A stretch of 64,000 nt of DNA. Source: Squalus acanthias (Eukaryota). The stretch covers positions 248,001-312,000 of the forward strand of contig JASTWF010000350.1 in NCBI GenBank assembly GCA_030390025.1, written 5' to 3'. Within the stretch, counting starts at the first letter, position 1. Every line of letters begins with the position of its first letter. Positions 21,193 through 35,249 of this stretch are shown here, in pieces. The notes under the pieces were generated by a model that did no database searches, was not told the origin of the DNA, and saw only the letters and a program-made list of their open reading frames with translations. Made by a program: the position numbers and the translations under genes.

Positions 21193-23779
21193 CTTCCCCA
21201 TATTTGACTTGGCCTGCGTTACATTTCATGGGGCGCTCATTGGCAAAAGAATAGAAGAATTCCTAGAGACCATAACAACTCCCATTACCTCGTGTAAACC
21301 AGCTAAACAGATCCACAGGAGGTAGGCGGATTTAGAAAGTATGTTGAGAAGGACCAAAAAGTTATTTTTAAAATAAAAAAAACATGCATTGCATTGGACT
21401 CGGCTGACTCCAACAGAGCAGAAAAACATCTCTCACAAAAGGGATGTAAGCTTTCTGAACTTCTGCTCCACAAAGAGGTGAGCGCAGCAAAAGATTCCCT
21501 TGTCTACAGAAATGGTAGGCGGGAGGAAGCGGGGGATGGGAAGATTCGCGCCTGCACGGCCCCAGCTCACCATTCTGCTGATTGAGCTTCTCTCTATCCC
21601 AGACGTAGCTTTCAGAGGAGAGCAGTATGTTAGAACAACTCCGTAACTCAGTAGAGCTCTGCTCGTAGTCTGCTGCCGCAAGACACTAAAACCAGAATCT
21701 GTATGTCTCCCTCTTTATCTCCGCCTTCTGATCTGGAGGTTGACGACCAGTGAATTGCATCATTTGTGCTCTGGTGGATGAGGGAAATGTTGTAGGTTTT
21801 CTGAAAATCCTTTTGCAGTGGGCAACTTACGATACGCTGAAACTGTGCCCCATGTGCCACACATTTTGATGTTCTACCTTTGCTGCCATTGATTAACTGC
21901 AAAGGTTCCTAGCTCTGTTCTGCCACAGTCAGTCAATATGCACTGCAGGGTTGGCATCTCTCTTTACTGTTTGTCTGACTGCTTGCTGCTAGAGATGTGC
22001 ACTTGACAGGTTCCTTGTGGCTCTGTGAGTATCGGGCAATTATTAGATGTCAATTATTCTAGGGGCAAGTTTAACTCTGCCGGTTACGGCCAGGCGACTG
22101 TTAAACTCGCCCGTGGGACTTACCCGCCAAGGTCCTGCACTCTTCTCACAGGTTCTGATTTTATCCTGCTCTTCTGAGCAGGTGGGAAGAACATTCATTG
22201 GCAACCGGCCGGGCCCCTTCTTTAAATATGAAAATCAGGCTCCATTGACATCATCGGGCCCAATTGCTATCTTAATCAGAGGCCTGCGAGGGGAAGTCTT
22301 TGTGTCTTTCCCACCAGGCCAATCTAGTGGGAAGAAGTGTTGAGCCCAGAAGAGCCCCAAAAAGGTGAGTCCTGTTACTTTTTTTTACTTTCCTTATAGG
22401 GTCAGGAGAAGCAGAAGTATTCCTCTGGGCCCCACAAGGAAAGTTTTGGTCTCCCCCATCTCCCAATCATTAGGTCCTTCTGAACCCCCTTACCTGAATT
22501 CCGGGGACCATTCCTTCTGGCCAGGGCAATGGCCTCCTGTTGCCTAGCGCTGCACTCCCACCCGCCAGCCCGCTTCCGCTGCTATGCTGATGAGGCCTGG
22601 GAGTTACAATCTCCTGGGCCTCATGCTGCCGAGGTCAGGTTGGTATGTCACCCGCCTCGGCCCCCACCTGCATGATTTTCACCTTCTGTGGTTAACTGTG
22701 TCATTTTTGTGGTGGGGCCACATTCCATACCATCATCAAGGTGCTTATGCATTTTGAGCAGCTCGCCAATTGGAGAGCGTTGAAGATTCAGCAGCATCGG
22801 TGTGGATCCCAGCAGTGCAGGTAAGTTAAAGGGGAGAAGATAATCACAATGGCTACGGGGCATCATGGGGGTTGATATTCGTGATGTCAGGAGGAGTATT
22901 TATGCTCCTGCAGCTGTCCCATTAAGAACCGTTGGCTAGGCCGCTCAGTACAGATACCAATGGGCGGGGCATCCATCTCCCATTTTCCATGCATTGCTAC
23001 CTGAAAATTGCATCAGGATCCGATTGACGTCACAGGACCCCGATTTCTATGGGTTCAATATTTGCCCTCCTGTTTGCAGCGAGCATCTGGGCTGTCCGTT
23101 TCAAGGTCCCCACCATCATGGATGGTGGCAGGAATGGGGAGGTAAGTTCTGTGCTCCAATCTTTCTTGCACTACCTCCTCACTCCTGACTGAAAACAAGG
23201 ACAAAAATCGTCCCCTATCTGTTAAATTAAGAGCAAATTCCGAGGTGTGAATAATGTCAGTGACGTTGCATGTTGAATGGCACCAAGTACAATGCTGTCT
23301 ATTAATTTAAATTTCCACAGTGGTGCCGCAGATGCGAGTAGTGGCCTTCTCCAGCTGACCTACCATTTGTAGTACGCGCTAGGAGACAGGCGGTGATTTA
23401 CAACTTCCGTCTGCCCCATTTTCATCATAAATCAGGGCATTGGGCCCCTAAAATTTGAATCGCAAATTTGCCCACCCGTTTCAACCCGCTCAACTCTGTT
23501 TTTAGTTGTCCAGCTCACCTGCCTAAAACAGCGGGCTCCTAATATGCTAATATGAGTCCTGCGTCTGATTCAGGACCCAAATGCCATATTCAGTTGTAGC
23601 AACTTTCCTATGAGCAGTTCTACAACTTGCCCACACACCACAAGCTGTTTTCAACACTATTTAAACTGGTTCATCAGCTGCTCAGGTAAAACGCTGGATA
23701 GTTTATTTTGACTGCTGATTTAGGTAATTTTGGTGAGCTTACACTTCGGAGTTGTACTGAGCCTACAGTTCTACTTCAA

Positions 23780-24750
23780 CCATGGGTTTCTGGGAACATC
23801 TCTCTTTGCCATTATGGGTCTGGTGCTGGAATGTCATTGTGGCTGAAGGAAGAGGGATGAAGGACGAGCAGCAGGTGAGTGGTCAGAGCTGCAGTCTACA
23901 GGCCAAGGACTTCATACCTGCAGTTTCCAGAAGAGCAGTGTGTGAGGATCCTCTGGTTCTCCAGAGAGGCAGTCACAGCTGTTCCACCTGCTGTAGCAGG
24001 ACCTCGAGCCAAGTAGAAGATCGCGCACTTCATCGCCTGTAGCTCTCAAGATCATTGTGGCACATTATTTTAATCCCTCATGGTCCTTCCAAGCTGCTGC
24101 AGAAGACATTAGCAGCAAAAGCAAATCTGCTGTGCATTCATGCACAAGTCACAGATGCCTTGTTTGTGAGAGAAAACCAATTCATATCATTCCCCATGGA
24201 GGCCACAGGACAGCAAGAAAGGGCTCTGGGCTTTTCTAGAATTGCAGTTTCCCACATGTGCGGACCCCTCAAAACTCACTATCTACAGTACGCAGGGTGC
24301 CAATTTCAGAGCTGGTGCTTGCAAGGGTGAGACCGAGTGACGGGGCTTCTTCTGGAGGGTTGTCCTCCTCATCATCTGCTGTAACTTGGCCCAGGAATTG
24401 TGATGGACCTGGAAAGAAGGGCAGAGGGCCAAGGATTAGCAGGCGGTGGCGAGGGTAAGCAGTAGCAGATGAATGGCAGTGCTATGCACCACCAGGTGTC
24501 ATTCAGAGGGTGTGAGGGAGAGAGTACCAAGAGAGAAGGGTGGAAAGATTGACAAACACCATGTATTCTCCAGCTTCGCCAGCTGCAACGCTGCATCCAT
24601 CCCCGTGCCCCCCGCCAATGAGGTCGAACGCAGCCTCTTCCATTGGTATCATCACTTCAGAAACTGCTGGTCCTCCTCCTGTTGCCAGCTAAATTATCCT
24701 AGGAGAAGAGTGGGAATGGATTGCGTGTGCCCTGATGAAAAGTTGAGAAG
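23780..24750. mobile_element. Decayed Harbinger remnant (transposase 5' part on +, partner exon on -)
   Basis: SFQAAAEDISS and QFISFP motifs on +. LATGGGP...PMEEAAFDLIG on - at about 24610-24690. Confidence 0.6.
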
Positions 24751-24766
24751 TTATGCAGCATGCATA

Positions 24767-25242
24767 TGATGGAACAGAGGAGGCTGAGGGGAGATTTAAT
24801 TGAGATGTATAGAATTATCAGGGGCCTAGATAGAGTGGTTTGGAAGGATCTATTTCCCTTAGCAGAGAGGTCATTAACCAGGGGGCATAGATTTAAAGTA
24901 ATTGGTAGAAGGATTAGAGGGGAGTTGAGGGAACTTTTTTCACCCAGAGGGTGGTGGGGGTCTGGAACTCACTGCCTGAAAGGGTGGTAGAGGCAGAAAC
25001 CCTCATCTAATTTAAGTAGTACTTGGATATGTACTTGAAGTGCCGTAACCTACAGGGCTCGGACCAAGAGCTGGAAAGTGGGATTTTTTTTTATACATTC
25101 ATGGGATCTGGGCGTCACTGCCAAATCCAGCATTTATTGCCCATCTCTACTAGGATTAGGCTGGATAGCTCTTTTTCGGCCAGCACAGACACGATGGGCT
25201 GAAAGGCGGCCTCCTGTGCCGTAAATTTCTATGATTCTATGA
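24767..25242 (+). mobile_element. CR1 3' fragment with a short antisense LINE tail inserted (about 25085-25150)
   Basis: EQRRLRGDLIE...RGHRFKV and a (ATTCTATG) tail. Confidence 0.85.
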
Positions 25243-25344
25243 TATATGAAGTAGCTTAGCATAGTGTGCCTGCTGAGAGAATGAAGCAGTAGGTGTGGGA
25301 TAGCGAGGGCAGTAGCTGCAAGGGCAGCAGCAGGTTCTGACTTT

Positions 25345-25781
25345 TAAAGTGCCGCCTTTATTCCAGCCCGGTCGTCAAGTTACATGCTGGCTTATGGGCG
25401 ACAAGGGTTATCCCCTCCAGACTTGGTTCATGACTCCTGTCAGGAGCCTGGGCACAGCTGCAGAACTGGTATACAACGGGAGCCACGCCACCACCAGAAA
25501 CGTCACCCAGCAGACCGTCAGCGTGCTCAAGAAACGCTTCCGCTGCCTGGACCGTTCCGGAGGAGCTTTACAGTGCAGCCCTGTCTGACCATGTTTCCAG
25601 ATTTATGATCATCTGCTGCATGCTGCATAACTTCATAATAATGAGGGTCAGCCCAAGAACTGCAGAAGAAGGAGTAGGAAGAGCAGCATGAAGAGGAGGA
25701 AGAGCAGGAGTGGCATCGACCACCAGTGCCCCTAGCTACCAGAGCTCTCAGAGAGCAGCTTATCCAACAGCACTCCACGTG
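25345..25781 (+). pseudogene. Harbinger transposase C-terminal remnant
   Basis: WLMGDKGYPLQTWFMTP, HATTRNV, LKKRFRCLDRSGG and ICCMLHN. Confidence 0.88.
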
Positions 25782-26019
25782 AACCATCTCTATCATTGCC
25801 AATACATCAACAGTCCCACCATCCTTTCACCACCGTTCTTATTACCACCATCCAATTCCTTCAGTCCAACCTCATAAGTCTTGACCCTCACTTCACTACA
25901 CCAACACCAAATCCAGAAAAAAAATTTAATCCAAGAACTCAATTCCATTTTTGTATAATATTTAACAGGAATAATTAAGAATCACCCTTGTGCCAGCCCT
26001 TAGTACCTATATTGCGGGC

Positions 26020-28400
26020 TCATTTACCTATCCTAGTCATCCTACATAGTGTTTCCCCAGTGGCTACAGCTTGGGATGTGGAAGGCTGCTGAGCTTCCAT
26101 TGAGGACACTTCAATGGCCGTGGTGGGTAACCTTGAGTAACTGTGGGCCGTGAGGCCTGGGTGCAGATTGCAGCATCTCGGCATAGGCTGGGCAGTCTGG
26201 CCCAGCTGGTTGTGTGGCACTGTCGAGTGGGTGGCGGAGGAGCAGGTACCTTTCCCGTGGAGCCAAGGCCCAGCACCCAGCAGTCCCATGGCTTTGCACA
26301 AGAACAAAGTGCTGGAGTAATGTGGTACTCTGAAAGCTCCTGTCAGCACTGGCTCCCAGATCTAAGGTAGCAGCCATCTGAGCTTCAATGGCAGCAGTGT
26401 CAGCTGTCATGGAAGCTGCGGGAGCTGTCACCAGAGGCTCCGTCATTGTGATTGCCACTGTCGTGCTGATGGAGCTGACTGCTTGGTCCATGTTGGACAG
26501 AAAGCATACGGAATGCTTGCCTTTATTAGCAGTGGCATAGAATACAAGAGCAGGGGGCTTATGCTTCAACTGTATAAAACACTAGTTAGGCCTCAGCTAG
26601 AGTACTGCGTGCAGTTCTGGTCACCACATTACAGGAAAGATGTGATTGCACTAGAGAGGGTACAGAGGAGATTTACAAGGATGTTGCCGGGAATAGAGAA
26701 TCTTAGCTATGAGGAAAGACTGGATAGGCTGGGTCTATTTTCCTTGGAACAGAGGCGGCTGAGGGGAGACCTTATTGAGGTGTATAAAATTATGAGGGGC
26801 ATAAAGTGGATAGAAAGGACCTATTTCCCTTAGCAGAAGGGTCAAAATCCAGGGGCACAGATTTAAAGTAATTGGTGGAAGGTTTAGAGGGGATTTGAGG
26901 GGAAATTTCTTCACCCAGAGGGTTGTGGGGGTCTGGAACTCACTGCCTGAAAGGGTGGTAGAGACAGGAACCCTAACCACATTTAAAAAGTACTTGGATG
27001 TGCTCTTGGGATGCTCTAACCTGCAGGGCTATGGACCAAGAGCTGGGAAGTGGGATTAGGCTGGATAGCTCTTTGTTGGCCGGCGCGGACACGATGGGCC
27101 GAAATGGCCTCCTTCCGTGCTGTAACTTTCTATGATTCTATGAATAGTCTCCATGGCCTGCGTGAAGCCTCGACACAAGTTGGAGCTGGACTCCTCCATT
27201 CTCTGTGAGATTGTGTGCAACTCTCTGGCAGGCTGCCCAGTGCACCTAGGATATCCTGGTATATGCCCATTAGCCTGGGCCCTCTAAGACTGCATCTGAG
27301 TCCTCTGCAACAGAGCTAGTAAGTGATCTCGCCCTCTGGCAAGCTGACACCTCTGGTGTCTAACCCCCTGCCCTAGCTGCTGCTCACTTGTGGCCGGTGA
27401 TTCACCATGTGAAGACCCTTCCTCTAACCTACCCTCTAAAGTACGTGTAGTACCCGTCTCTGAACTGGTGATTTCTAGGGTCAGATCGAATGAAGGATTC
27501 TTCAGGAAGGCTGTGCTCCTCTTCCTAAATTAGCAGAGGCATGCCAACATTTTCAGCACCTGAAATGAAAGAGAGGAACGTGGGTTAGCTTTTAGTGTGA
27601 AGGGAGAGCAGAGAGAGATGAGTGGCTGCTTAAAGCAGCTACAGTTTGTCATGCAGAGTGTGTAATGTGAGATAGAAGCAATGAGGATCAGGTGTGAAAA
27701 AATCCTGCTCGACATCTCCAGCATTACCACTCGCCACGGCCATGACGCTCCCCCTGCCTCTGATGGCCAGCATGTTTTCTTAAACAGGGGACAGGATGTG
27801 TAGGCAGGCTCGGCCTCCTGCCAGTTGCAGCCTCCTGCCACATGTTGTGTGTGACCTTCTCCTGCAAGAAGAAAGGGAGTGTGTTAGTTGCAAACTTGTG
27901 AGGTGTTCAGAGAATATGCCTGTCATGGTCAAATAGTTTGTTTGTTGTGTGTAAGATGTGAGGTATGAGGAAGTGAGGGTTGCAATAGTGGTGATAATAG
28001 TAGGTGCAGAATGTGTGAGTAGAGGAGAAGGAGGTGGAGTGAAGTGTGATGCAGTGATTGTAGGAGACTGAAGGGAAGCGGGGGATGGGTGAATCGTGAG
28101 AAATCAGGTTGGAGGTGTGTGCAGAGAGTAAGAGAGCAGCGTTCTTACCTTGACAACTCTGATGAGGTCATTGAACTTCTTCTTGCATTACAGCCATTTC
28201 CTGGGAGCTAAGCTCCTGGCATTGACCTCCTCAGCGCTCTCTTCTCACTGGTGACGGAGGTGTTGGCTGGAGAGCTTTCTGCCCCACCGGGGGAACCAGG
28301 ATCCTTTCTGTCATTGCCTTGGACCAGTGCCGACAAAGTAGAACACTAGAACCTGGGGGCCCAATCTGCAGGTGCTGCAGCCATTTCTTTCTACAGAAAC
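26020..28400 (-). pseudogene. Spliced Harbinger Myb/SANT partner gene remnant, interrupted by CR1
   Basis: Exon 1 ends CKKKFNDLIRVVK|GTAAG (about 28149). Exon 2 begins CAG|GAGAAGGTC (about 27862). The last exon resembles ORF 41..562. Confidence 0.7.
26484..27142 (+). mobile_element. CR1 3' fragment
   Basis: KAYGMLAFI, RPQLEYCVQFWSPHYRKD and tail TTCTATGATTCTATG. Confidence 0.92.
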
Positions 28401-28895
28401 ATTCCTTGTTGCCTGCAGCCAGCGTGCACCTCCCTTTTAAGAAGTGCTGGTTGGTTTTAAGTGGTGTCAGTGAAGTCCCATTTCCCGGCCCTCCCCCCCC
28501 CCACCTCCACTCCAATGAATAGTGCGGGTGGTGCTGACTGCACGCTTGAATCTTGCTAATGAGCACCAACTTCACGTTAACTGCCACACTACCGTACTCC
28601 TGAACTGCAATTACCACCAGCTCATCGTCTACCCCAAGCTCCTCCTCACCACTCCTGCTCTGTGCATCGCCAGTGAACTCCTTTTGTGTCTCTGGGCCTG
28701 TGCTTACGAGGATGAGATGTAAAGACGGGGTTGATGAATGGGGTGGGTGGTGGAGAATTGGAGGGACCAGCTTCCCATTGCTGCTTCCCCTCTGCTTGCT
28801 CCTGTGATACTCCTACGAGGACAGAAAAAGAGAGGTTAGCAGGGCTACAGCAGCCACACAGTTACCATTACTTCACTTTCCAGACAAATACATCG

Positions 28896-30240
28896 AATTT
28901 CATAGAATTTACAGCACAGAAACAGGCCATTCAGCCCAACTGAGCCATGCCTGTGTTTATGTTCCACGCGAGCCTCTTCCCACCCTTCATCTAACCCCAT
29001 CAGCTTATCCTTCCATTCTTTTTTCCCTCATCTACTTATCCAGCTTCCCCTTAAATGCATCTATGCTAGTTGCCTCACTCCATGTGTTCCACATTCTCAC
29101 CTCTCTCTGGGTAAAGAAGTTTCTCCTGAATTCCCTATTGGATTTATTAGTGACTATCTTATATTTATGACTTCTAGTTTTGGACTCCCCCACAAGTGGA
29201 AACATCTTGGCCCAAAAATTCGTGAGGGAGCCTTCGTGCGAGGGTAAGGCTTCCCCGCGATCTCTCACTGCGCGCTGGCTTTTTCAGTCCGAGCTCGCAC
29301 GAACTTGATGTTCTGGACAGCAGCTGTGCAGGGCTTCCGTATCCCACAGGCGCAGTTAATTCGTGCGAGCTGTGGGATCACGTGATTCAGTTAGAGCCAA
29401 TGGCAGCACACCATCTTTCATTCATAGTTTTGACAGCAAGGGCTGTCAAAGCTATGAATCTATACCCCCCAAAAGAACAACTAAACCTCAATTAAATTTT
29501 TTAAAAAAACCATCACATTAATAAAATAAGTATAGTTTATTAAATTAACCACTTTAAACAAAAAATTAAATTTTTGAAAAAATTTAAAATCTTTGAAAAA
29601 GTTATAAAAATAAACGTACCTGTCTTTAAAGTCTCTAAAAAAGATATACCTGTTAAAAAAAATTCAAAATAATACTTAATTAACTACTTACCTTGTTAAA
29701 AGAGGGTCTTACGCCTCCTTTCTTTATGTCTAAAATGTTCCATGCTTACCTGCGCGTTCAAAGCACTAAGTGCACTGCGTGCGCGCAGCCTGTAGCACGC
29801 ACGCGGTTCACCTAGGAACCGCCCCCTTTTGAAATCACCAAGTGCCGGTTTTCAGCGCATGCGCAGTGCATGCAGAAAACCGGCAATTGGAGACAGAATA
29901 CGCGAGAGTACACAGTGCGTACTCTCGCGTAGCGGCACTAATTTTTGGGCCCTTGTCTACGTCTACCCTATTGAACCCGTTCATAATTTTAAAGACCTCT
30001 ATCAGGTCACCCCTCAGACTTTTCTAGAGAAATCTTTCCTGATAGTTATAACCTCTCAGTTCACGCATCATCTTTGTGAATATTTTTTTCACCTTCTCCA
30101 GTGCCTCTATATCCTTTTTGTAATATGGAGACCAGAACTGTGCACAGTCCTCTTAAGTGTGGTCTAACCAAGGTTCTATACAAGTTTAACATAACCTCTC
30201 TGCTTTTCAATTCTATCCCTCTAGAAATGAACCCCAGTTC
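28896..30240 (-). mobile_element. CR1 3' fragment split by MITE copy 2
   Basis: FPLVGESKTR...RNFFTQR on -. The sequence resumes after 29951. Confidence 0.8.
29209..29951. mobile_element. 743-bp MITE, copy 2
   Basis: TIR GGCCCAAAAATT / AATTTTTGGGCC with an exact TSD CTT/CTT. Confidence 0.92.
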
Positions 30241-30327
30241 ATTCTGAGCTTAAGCATTGGCAATGTATGGTAATGACAGATTGCATTTGAGAAACAGGAA
30301 CTGAAGAGAAATTGTTGTGTCAGATCC

Positions 30328-30363
30328 GTTCTGACGAAGGGTCTTCGACCTGAAACGTTAACT
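30328..30363 (+). ncRNA. Minimal type I hammerhead ribozyme motif within a Penelope-type fragment (about 30326-30428)
   Basis: GTT CTGACGA A GGGTC TTC GACCT GAAA CGTT AAC: stem I GTT/AAC, stem II of 5 bp, palindromic AACGTT. Confidence 0.65.
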
Positions 30364-30584
30364 TTGTTTCTCTCTCCACGGATGTTGCCTGGCCTGCTGA
30401 GTTTTTCCAGCGCTTTCTGTTGTTATTTAAGCAATCAGGCCCATCTTTGACAGTCTATATATGTATATTGTCCAAGTTACGGAACCATTTGTTAACTTGT
30501 CTGTGACTTAGTTATTTTTGATATGGCTCAGGAACAGAGGGAGACAGACCCCCATTCCTTTTGGTTTCACATCTATTTCAGACG

Positions 30585-30830
30585 GTAAACCGAGGATCTG
30601 TTCAAAGAAGAGCAGGGGCATTCTCCCCGGTGTCCTGGCCAATATTTATCCCTCAACCAGCATCACTAAAAACAGATTATCCGGTTGTTTATCTCACTGC
30701 TGTTTGTGGGACCTTGCTGTGCGCAAATTGGCTGCCGCATTTCCTACATTACAACAGTGATTGCCCTTCGTTGCCCATGAAGATCGATGGGATGTCTTGA
30801 GGTCGTGAAAGGCACTAAGTAAATGTGACT
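30585..30830 (+). mobile_element. DeuSINE fragment
   Basis: Matches the body and tail of the other copies. Confidence 0.8.
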
Positions 30831-31574
30831 TTGTTCGTTGTTGTTAAAGTCATTTGACACTTAATACAACATTATGTACAACCTTCTGCTCGTAGTTGAG
30901 GTCCCTTCGCCCTAATGGTCTGTCAGCTCTGGTCAGCAATAAAACCTATCTCCTTTGAACTTTTGTAACCCACTTCTTTACAAATGTTTTCTTCTTTATA
31001 TCTTATTTTTATCCATCCTCAAGATTCTTTTGCTTACTATTTTTCAGCAGTACATTATTTTCAAGAGTTAATTACACACTTTATGAGTGCAGATGTCTGC
31101 TTTCCTGCATTCCTTGCCACTTGTCTCTGGTGTCCTTGTTATTCTTTAGGAATCTGCGATATCAGCACCACCTTTGCATGCATACCATATACACATCTTC
31201 AGATAACCAACTCTCTACATATCAGAATTTAAACATCCGTTTTTCTGTCAGCAATGTCCTTATTACAATCTCATTCAAATAACAACCACAACCCACATCC
31301 TTCCTTTGCAGGCACATGTTCGTTATTTTGGCATAGATAGTTCATTTGTTGCAAAATTTAATTTTAGTCAGCATAGCACCCTAATTAATAATAAGCATGA
31401 ATATATAATGATATACAACAACATGACATGAGGAGTTTCCTGACCACTTACAGCTAGCACCTCCCCTCCTACTTCTCCATCTCCCACAGTTCCAAGGCTT
31501 CCTTTTCATACAGGGTAAGAGGCCGAAGGCTTTGGGTTCCTCCCCCGGTGACACTTCCTTCCTCTAGTTGTTTG

Positions 31575-31925
31575 GTATTTTCTCCTTTCTCTGTAATCTA
31601 TCCAGTCCTATCTCTGTAAATTCCTCCAGCCCTATAACCCTCCGAGATCTCTGCGCTCCTCCAATTCTGGGCTCTGGCTCATCCTTGATTTTAATCACCC
31701 CACCATTGGTGGCCTTAAGCTCTGAAATTCCCTCCCTAAACCTCTATACCTCTCTGTCCTCCTTTAAGACGCTCCTCAACACGTACCTCTGACTAAGCTT
31801 TTGGTCACCTGCACTAATATCTCCTTATGTGGCTCAGTGTCAAATTTTATCTGATCATGCTCCTGTGGCGCGCCTTAGGACGTTTTACTACGTTAAAGGC
31901 GCTATAAAGACCTCAAGTAGTTGTT
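31575..31925 (+). mobile_element. L2 3' end
   Basis: Similar to 33300-33645; ends ACGTTAAAGGCGCTATA. Confidence 0.8.
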
Positions 31926-32754
31926 GTTAATATTGCGGGTGGGCTCCCACTGCTATTTGCGGCCCCTATTGGGAGCTTGCTTCTGGCAGGGAGGAGGGAA
32001 TTCCAGCACTGCTGCAACATTTAAGTGGCTGCAGCAGCTTAAAGGGTCCAGGTAGCCATTTTCTGTCTGCAGCTATTTGGATAACAGATGTTTCAGGCCG
32101 ATGGTCCTTCTCTAGATAGATAAGAACGGAACCAGGCGAGGGATTTGAACACAGGGGTGAGAGATTACTTAATAATAATATTAAAATAAGTTTGACTCAG
32201 TAAAATAGGGCAGGGTTATGGTGGAATCAGGGTGTAAGTATCGTCCGGCACTCTTCTGGCAGTAACCCCACTCTAAACGAAAATCTCTCTTGATAGTTCT
32301 AGTTGAAGAATTAGCACTGGTACAGGCACGATGGGCCTCCTTTAATGCTGTATCATCTACCATCCGAAAAGTGCTCCCCTTTTGGTTCCGATATTCCCTT
32401 TTTATATTATAATACGCCTGGTACAGAAGATGTTAAAAAGCCCGTGTGTGTGGAGCAGGTAAGTGAAGGTGATCCAGAAACCAACAAGGAAAACTATGAA
32501 GAACATGCAGGCTTGGCCAAGAAACAAAAACCACAGCACTGTACATAAATTCAAGGTTGCCGGCTTCTGCCTTCAAAAAGGACTAACAATGCTGTAGATT
32601 ACGTCAGCGAAGTTTGAATTTTTTATTAAAAAACCTCATTTGTTAAATATAATTGTTGATAGTGAAGGAGTTTCGACAAAACTAGTGTGATATATAATCT
32701 TCTTCAAATTGTTTTGCTATATCGATGGGATTTGATGTATTTTAAATCTCTAAA

Positions 32755-33650
32755 TTGTCAGACTGCTTGTCCGACATACAGTTCTGGATGAGCAGAAATT
32801 TTCTCCAATTAAATATTGGGAAGACCGTATTGTTTTCAGTCCCCGCCACAAACTCTGTTCCCTAGCCACTGACTCCATCCCTCTCCCTAACATCTGTCTG
32901 AGGCTGAACCACACTGTTCACAACCTTGGTGTCATATTTGACCCTGAAATGAGCTTCCGACCACATATCCACAGCATAACAAAGACCGCCTATTTCCACC
33001 TCTGTAACATCGCCCGTCTCCGCCCTTGCCTCAGCTCATCCGCTGCTGAAACCCTCCTCCATTCCTTTGTTACCTCAAGACTTGACTATTCCAACGCACT
33101 CCTGACTGGCCTCCCACATTCTACCCTACGTAAACTTAAGGTCACCCAAAACTCGGCTGCCCGTATCCTAACTCGCACCAAGTCCCGTTTGCCCATCACC
33201 CCTGTGCTCGCTGACCTACACTGGCTCCCAGTTAAGCAGCGTCTGGATTTCAAAATTCCCATCCTTGTTTTCAAATCCCTCCATGACCTCGCCCCTCCCT
33301 ATCTCTGTAACCTCCTTCAGCCCCACAACCCCCTAAGATATCTGTGGCTTCTAATTCTGCCCTCTTGAGCATCCCTGATTATAATCACTCAACCTTTGGT
33401 GGCCGTGCCTTCTGTTGCCGAGGCCCTAAGCTCGAGAATTCCTTGCCTAAACCTGTCCGCCTCTCTACCTCTCTTTCCTCCTTTAAGATGCTCCTTAAAA
33501 CCTACCTCTTTGACCAAGCTTTTGGTCACCTGCCCTAATATCTCCTTATGTGGCTTGGTGTCAAATTTTTTGTCTTATAACACGCCTGTGAAGAGCCTTG
33601 GGACGTTTTACTACGTTAAAGGCGCTATATAAATACAAGTTGTTATTTTT
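32755..33650 (+). mobile_element. L2 LINE 3' portion
   Basis: ORF 32949..33368 with SRLDYSNALL and LHWLPV, followed by an L2 3' UTR. Confidence 0.92.
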
Positions 33651-35249
33651 TTTGAACTTCACATTAACAATGTTAATTGGTGGTATTCAGTTCCACCAGA
33701 TTCCCGTGCGTTTTAGGCCGTACTCTATCTTTCTTCTCTCCCTTCACTCTATTGATAACATTTGTAAAGCTGCTGCCTGGAGTAAGCCCCATATTTTATT
33801 AAACATTATTATTGTTTGCATTTAAGAGCTTTACCAAGTTTATTCTGGTGGCTGGAGTCTCTACCTCTGTTCCCTGCAAGAACTTACCTCTACCTCAGTT
33901 AGTGTTTGCTACTTAGTCCGTCTCCAGCAGCATGGAATGCCTGGAATGAAGAAGAAAGAAAGATTACTTTGCCTTGTAGAGTCCCTTCACATGCACCCTC
34001 CGCACACTGAGCTCTCAGCCTTGTGTCCTTGGAGAGAGTGAATGTTAAAATTCCTTTACCTCTTGGTAGGTTTCCAGGGTCAAAACAAACTGGTTCTGTC
34101 CAGATGGGCGACTCCAACTTGGGGAGCTAATGTGGTGGTAGAGGTCAGGAAATCTGGCAGTATTCACTTGCATTGCCGTTGGTTTTCGGCCCCGCTCTAT
34201 CTTTTGTTCGGGCCTGGGGCAGGTTGGAGTGTCATTAGCCTATGCGGGGAAGGGTGCTGTGCCATATTCCAGCCCACGGGTTTGCTGGGTGCTGAGTCTC
34301 TGGCACGCCAATGAAATCTGGCAGCAAAGAAGCCTCAGGCGGAACTGCAGGTGGGAGGGTTTTAAAAGCCCCACAGATTTTTGCCCATGCTTCCTTTATT
34401 GGGAGCAGAGCGTTTGCCAATAGGGATCCTCAAAACTGAGATATTTGGAGAAAGAAGAGGCGTTGCGGAGGGATTCCCAGCAGGTCAGCCTGCCCAAGAG
34501 GGGCTCTGTGCTTTCCTGCTGGTACTCCTACCCTGGCCTCTGCATACCTCACTCTGGCAGACATCGTTGGTGGAGGCTCCTCTTCCTAAGGAGACTGCAT
34601 CAACAGACCTCCAGAGGCATCACAGTGAGATGCAAATACCTGACTAACCCTTATGCTGCAAGGTTCTCCAGAATCACTCGAATCACAGCATGCATGCTTT
34701 ACGTGGTATTGCTTGAAAGAAGGTATGCCAGAGTTATTAACAGCCAGTGTTGCCTGTTTGGCCACAGTGGTCAAGATGCTACTAACCATATCTGTGGGCC
34801 CTGGCAAACTATCTGCTGCATGCAGAACTGTGGCTACAATGCAGTGTTGTGCTTCCATGTGCAGGGTCAGTAACAGCTAGTTGGGGCCTGCAATTTTGTC
34901 TGTACCTAAAAGAAGGTACGTTGCTGATTTATGGGGATGGTGCTGTGGAATGGCACAGAGCAAAAGCCTCATGTAGCATCACCTCAACTTCGACAGCCAT
35001 TAAAGAGGACAGGCGCTGCTGGGCTGTACTGTCACTTGCCTGCAACGAGAGTCCCTTTCCCTTCATCCTGGCCTGCACTCCTTAATCTCTTACCCTTTAG
35101 CATTGGCAAAGGCTGTTGATGGGTTACGATGCATTCTCATGCTCTCTAGAAGCTTTCTAAAATGTTATCCCACTTCTTTGTGACACTTTCCTTTAATTGT
35201 CGCCATCCCTTTGTATTTGGCTTACACCTAATCTTCCTCTCCTACAGGT

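Noticed and set aside
33990..35080. Overlapping ORFs as a possible gene
   Set aside because: There are no recognisable motifs or consistent splice signals. It may be a very decayed DNA transposon, but I could not support a call.
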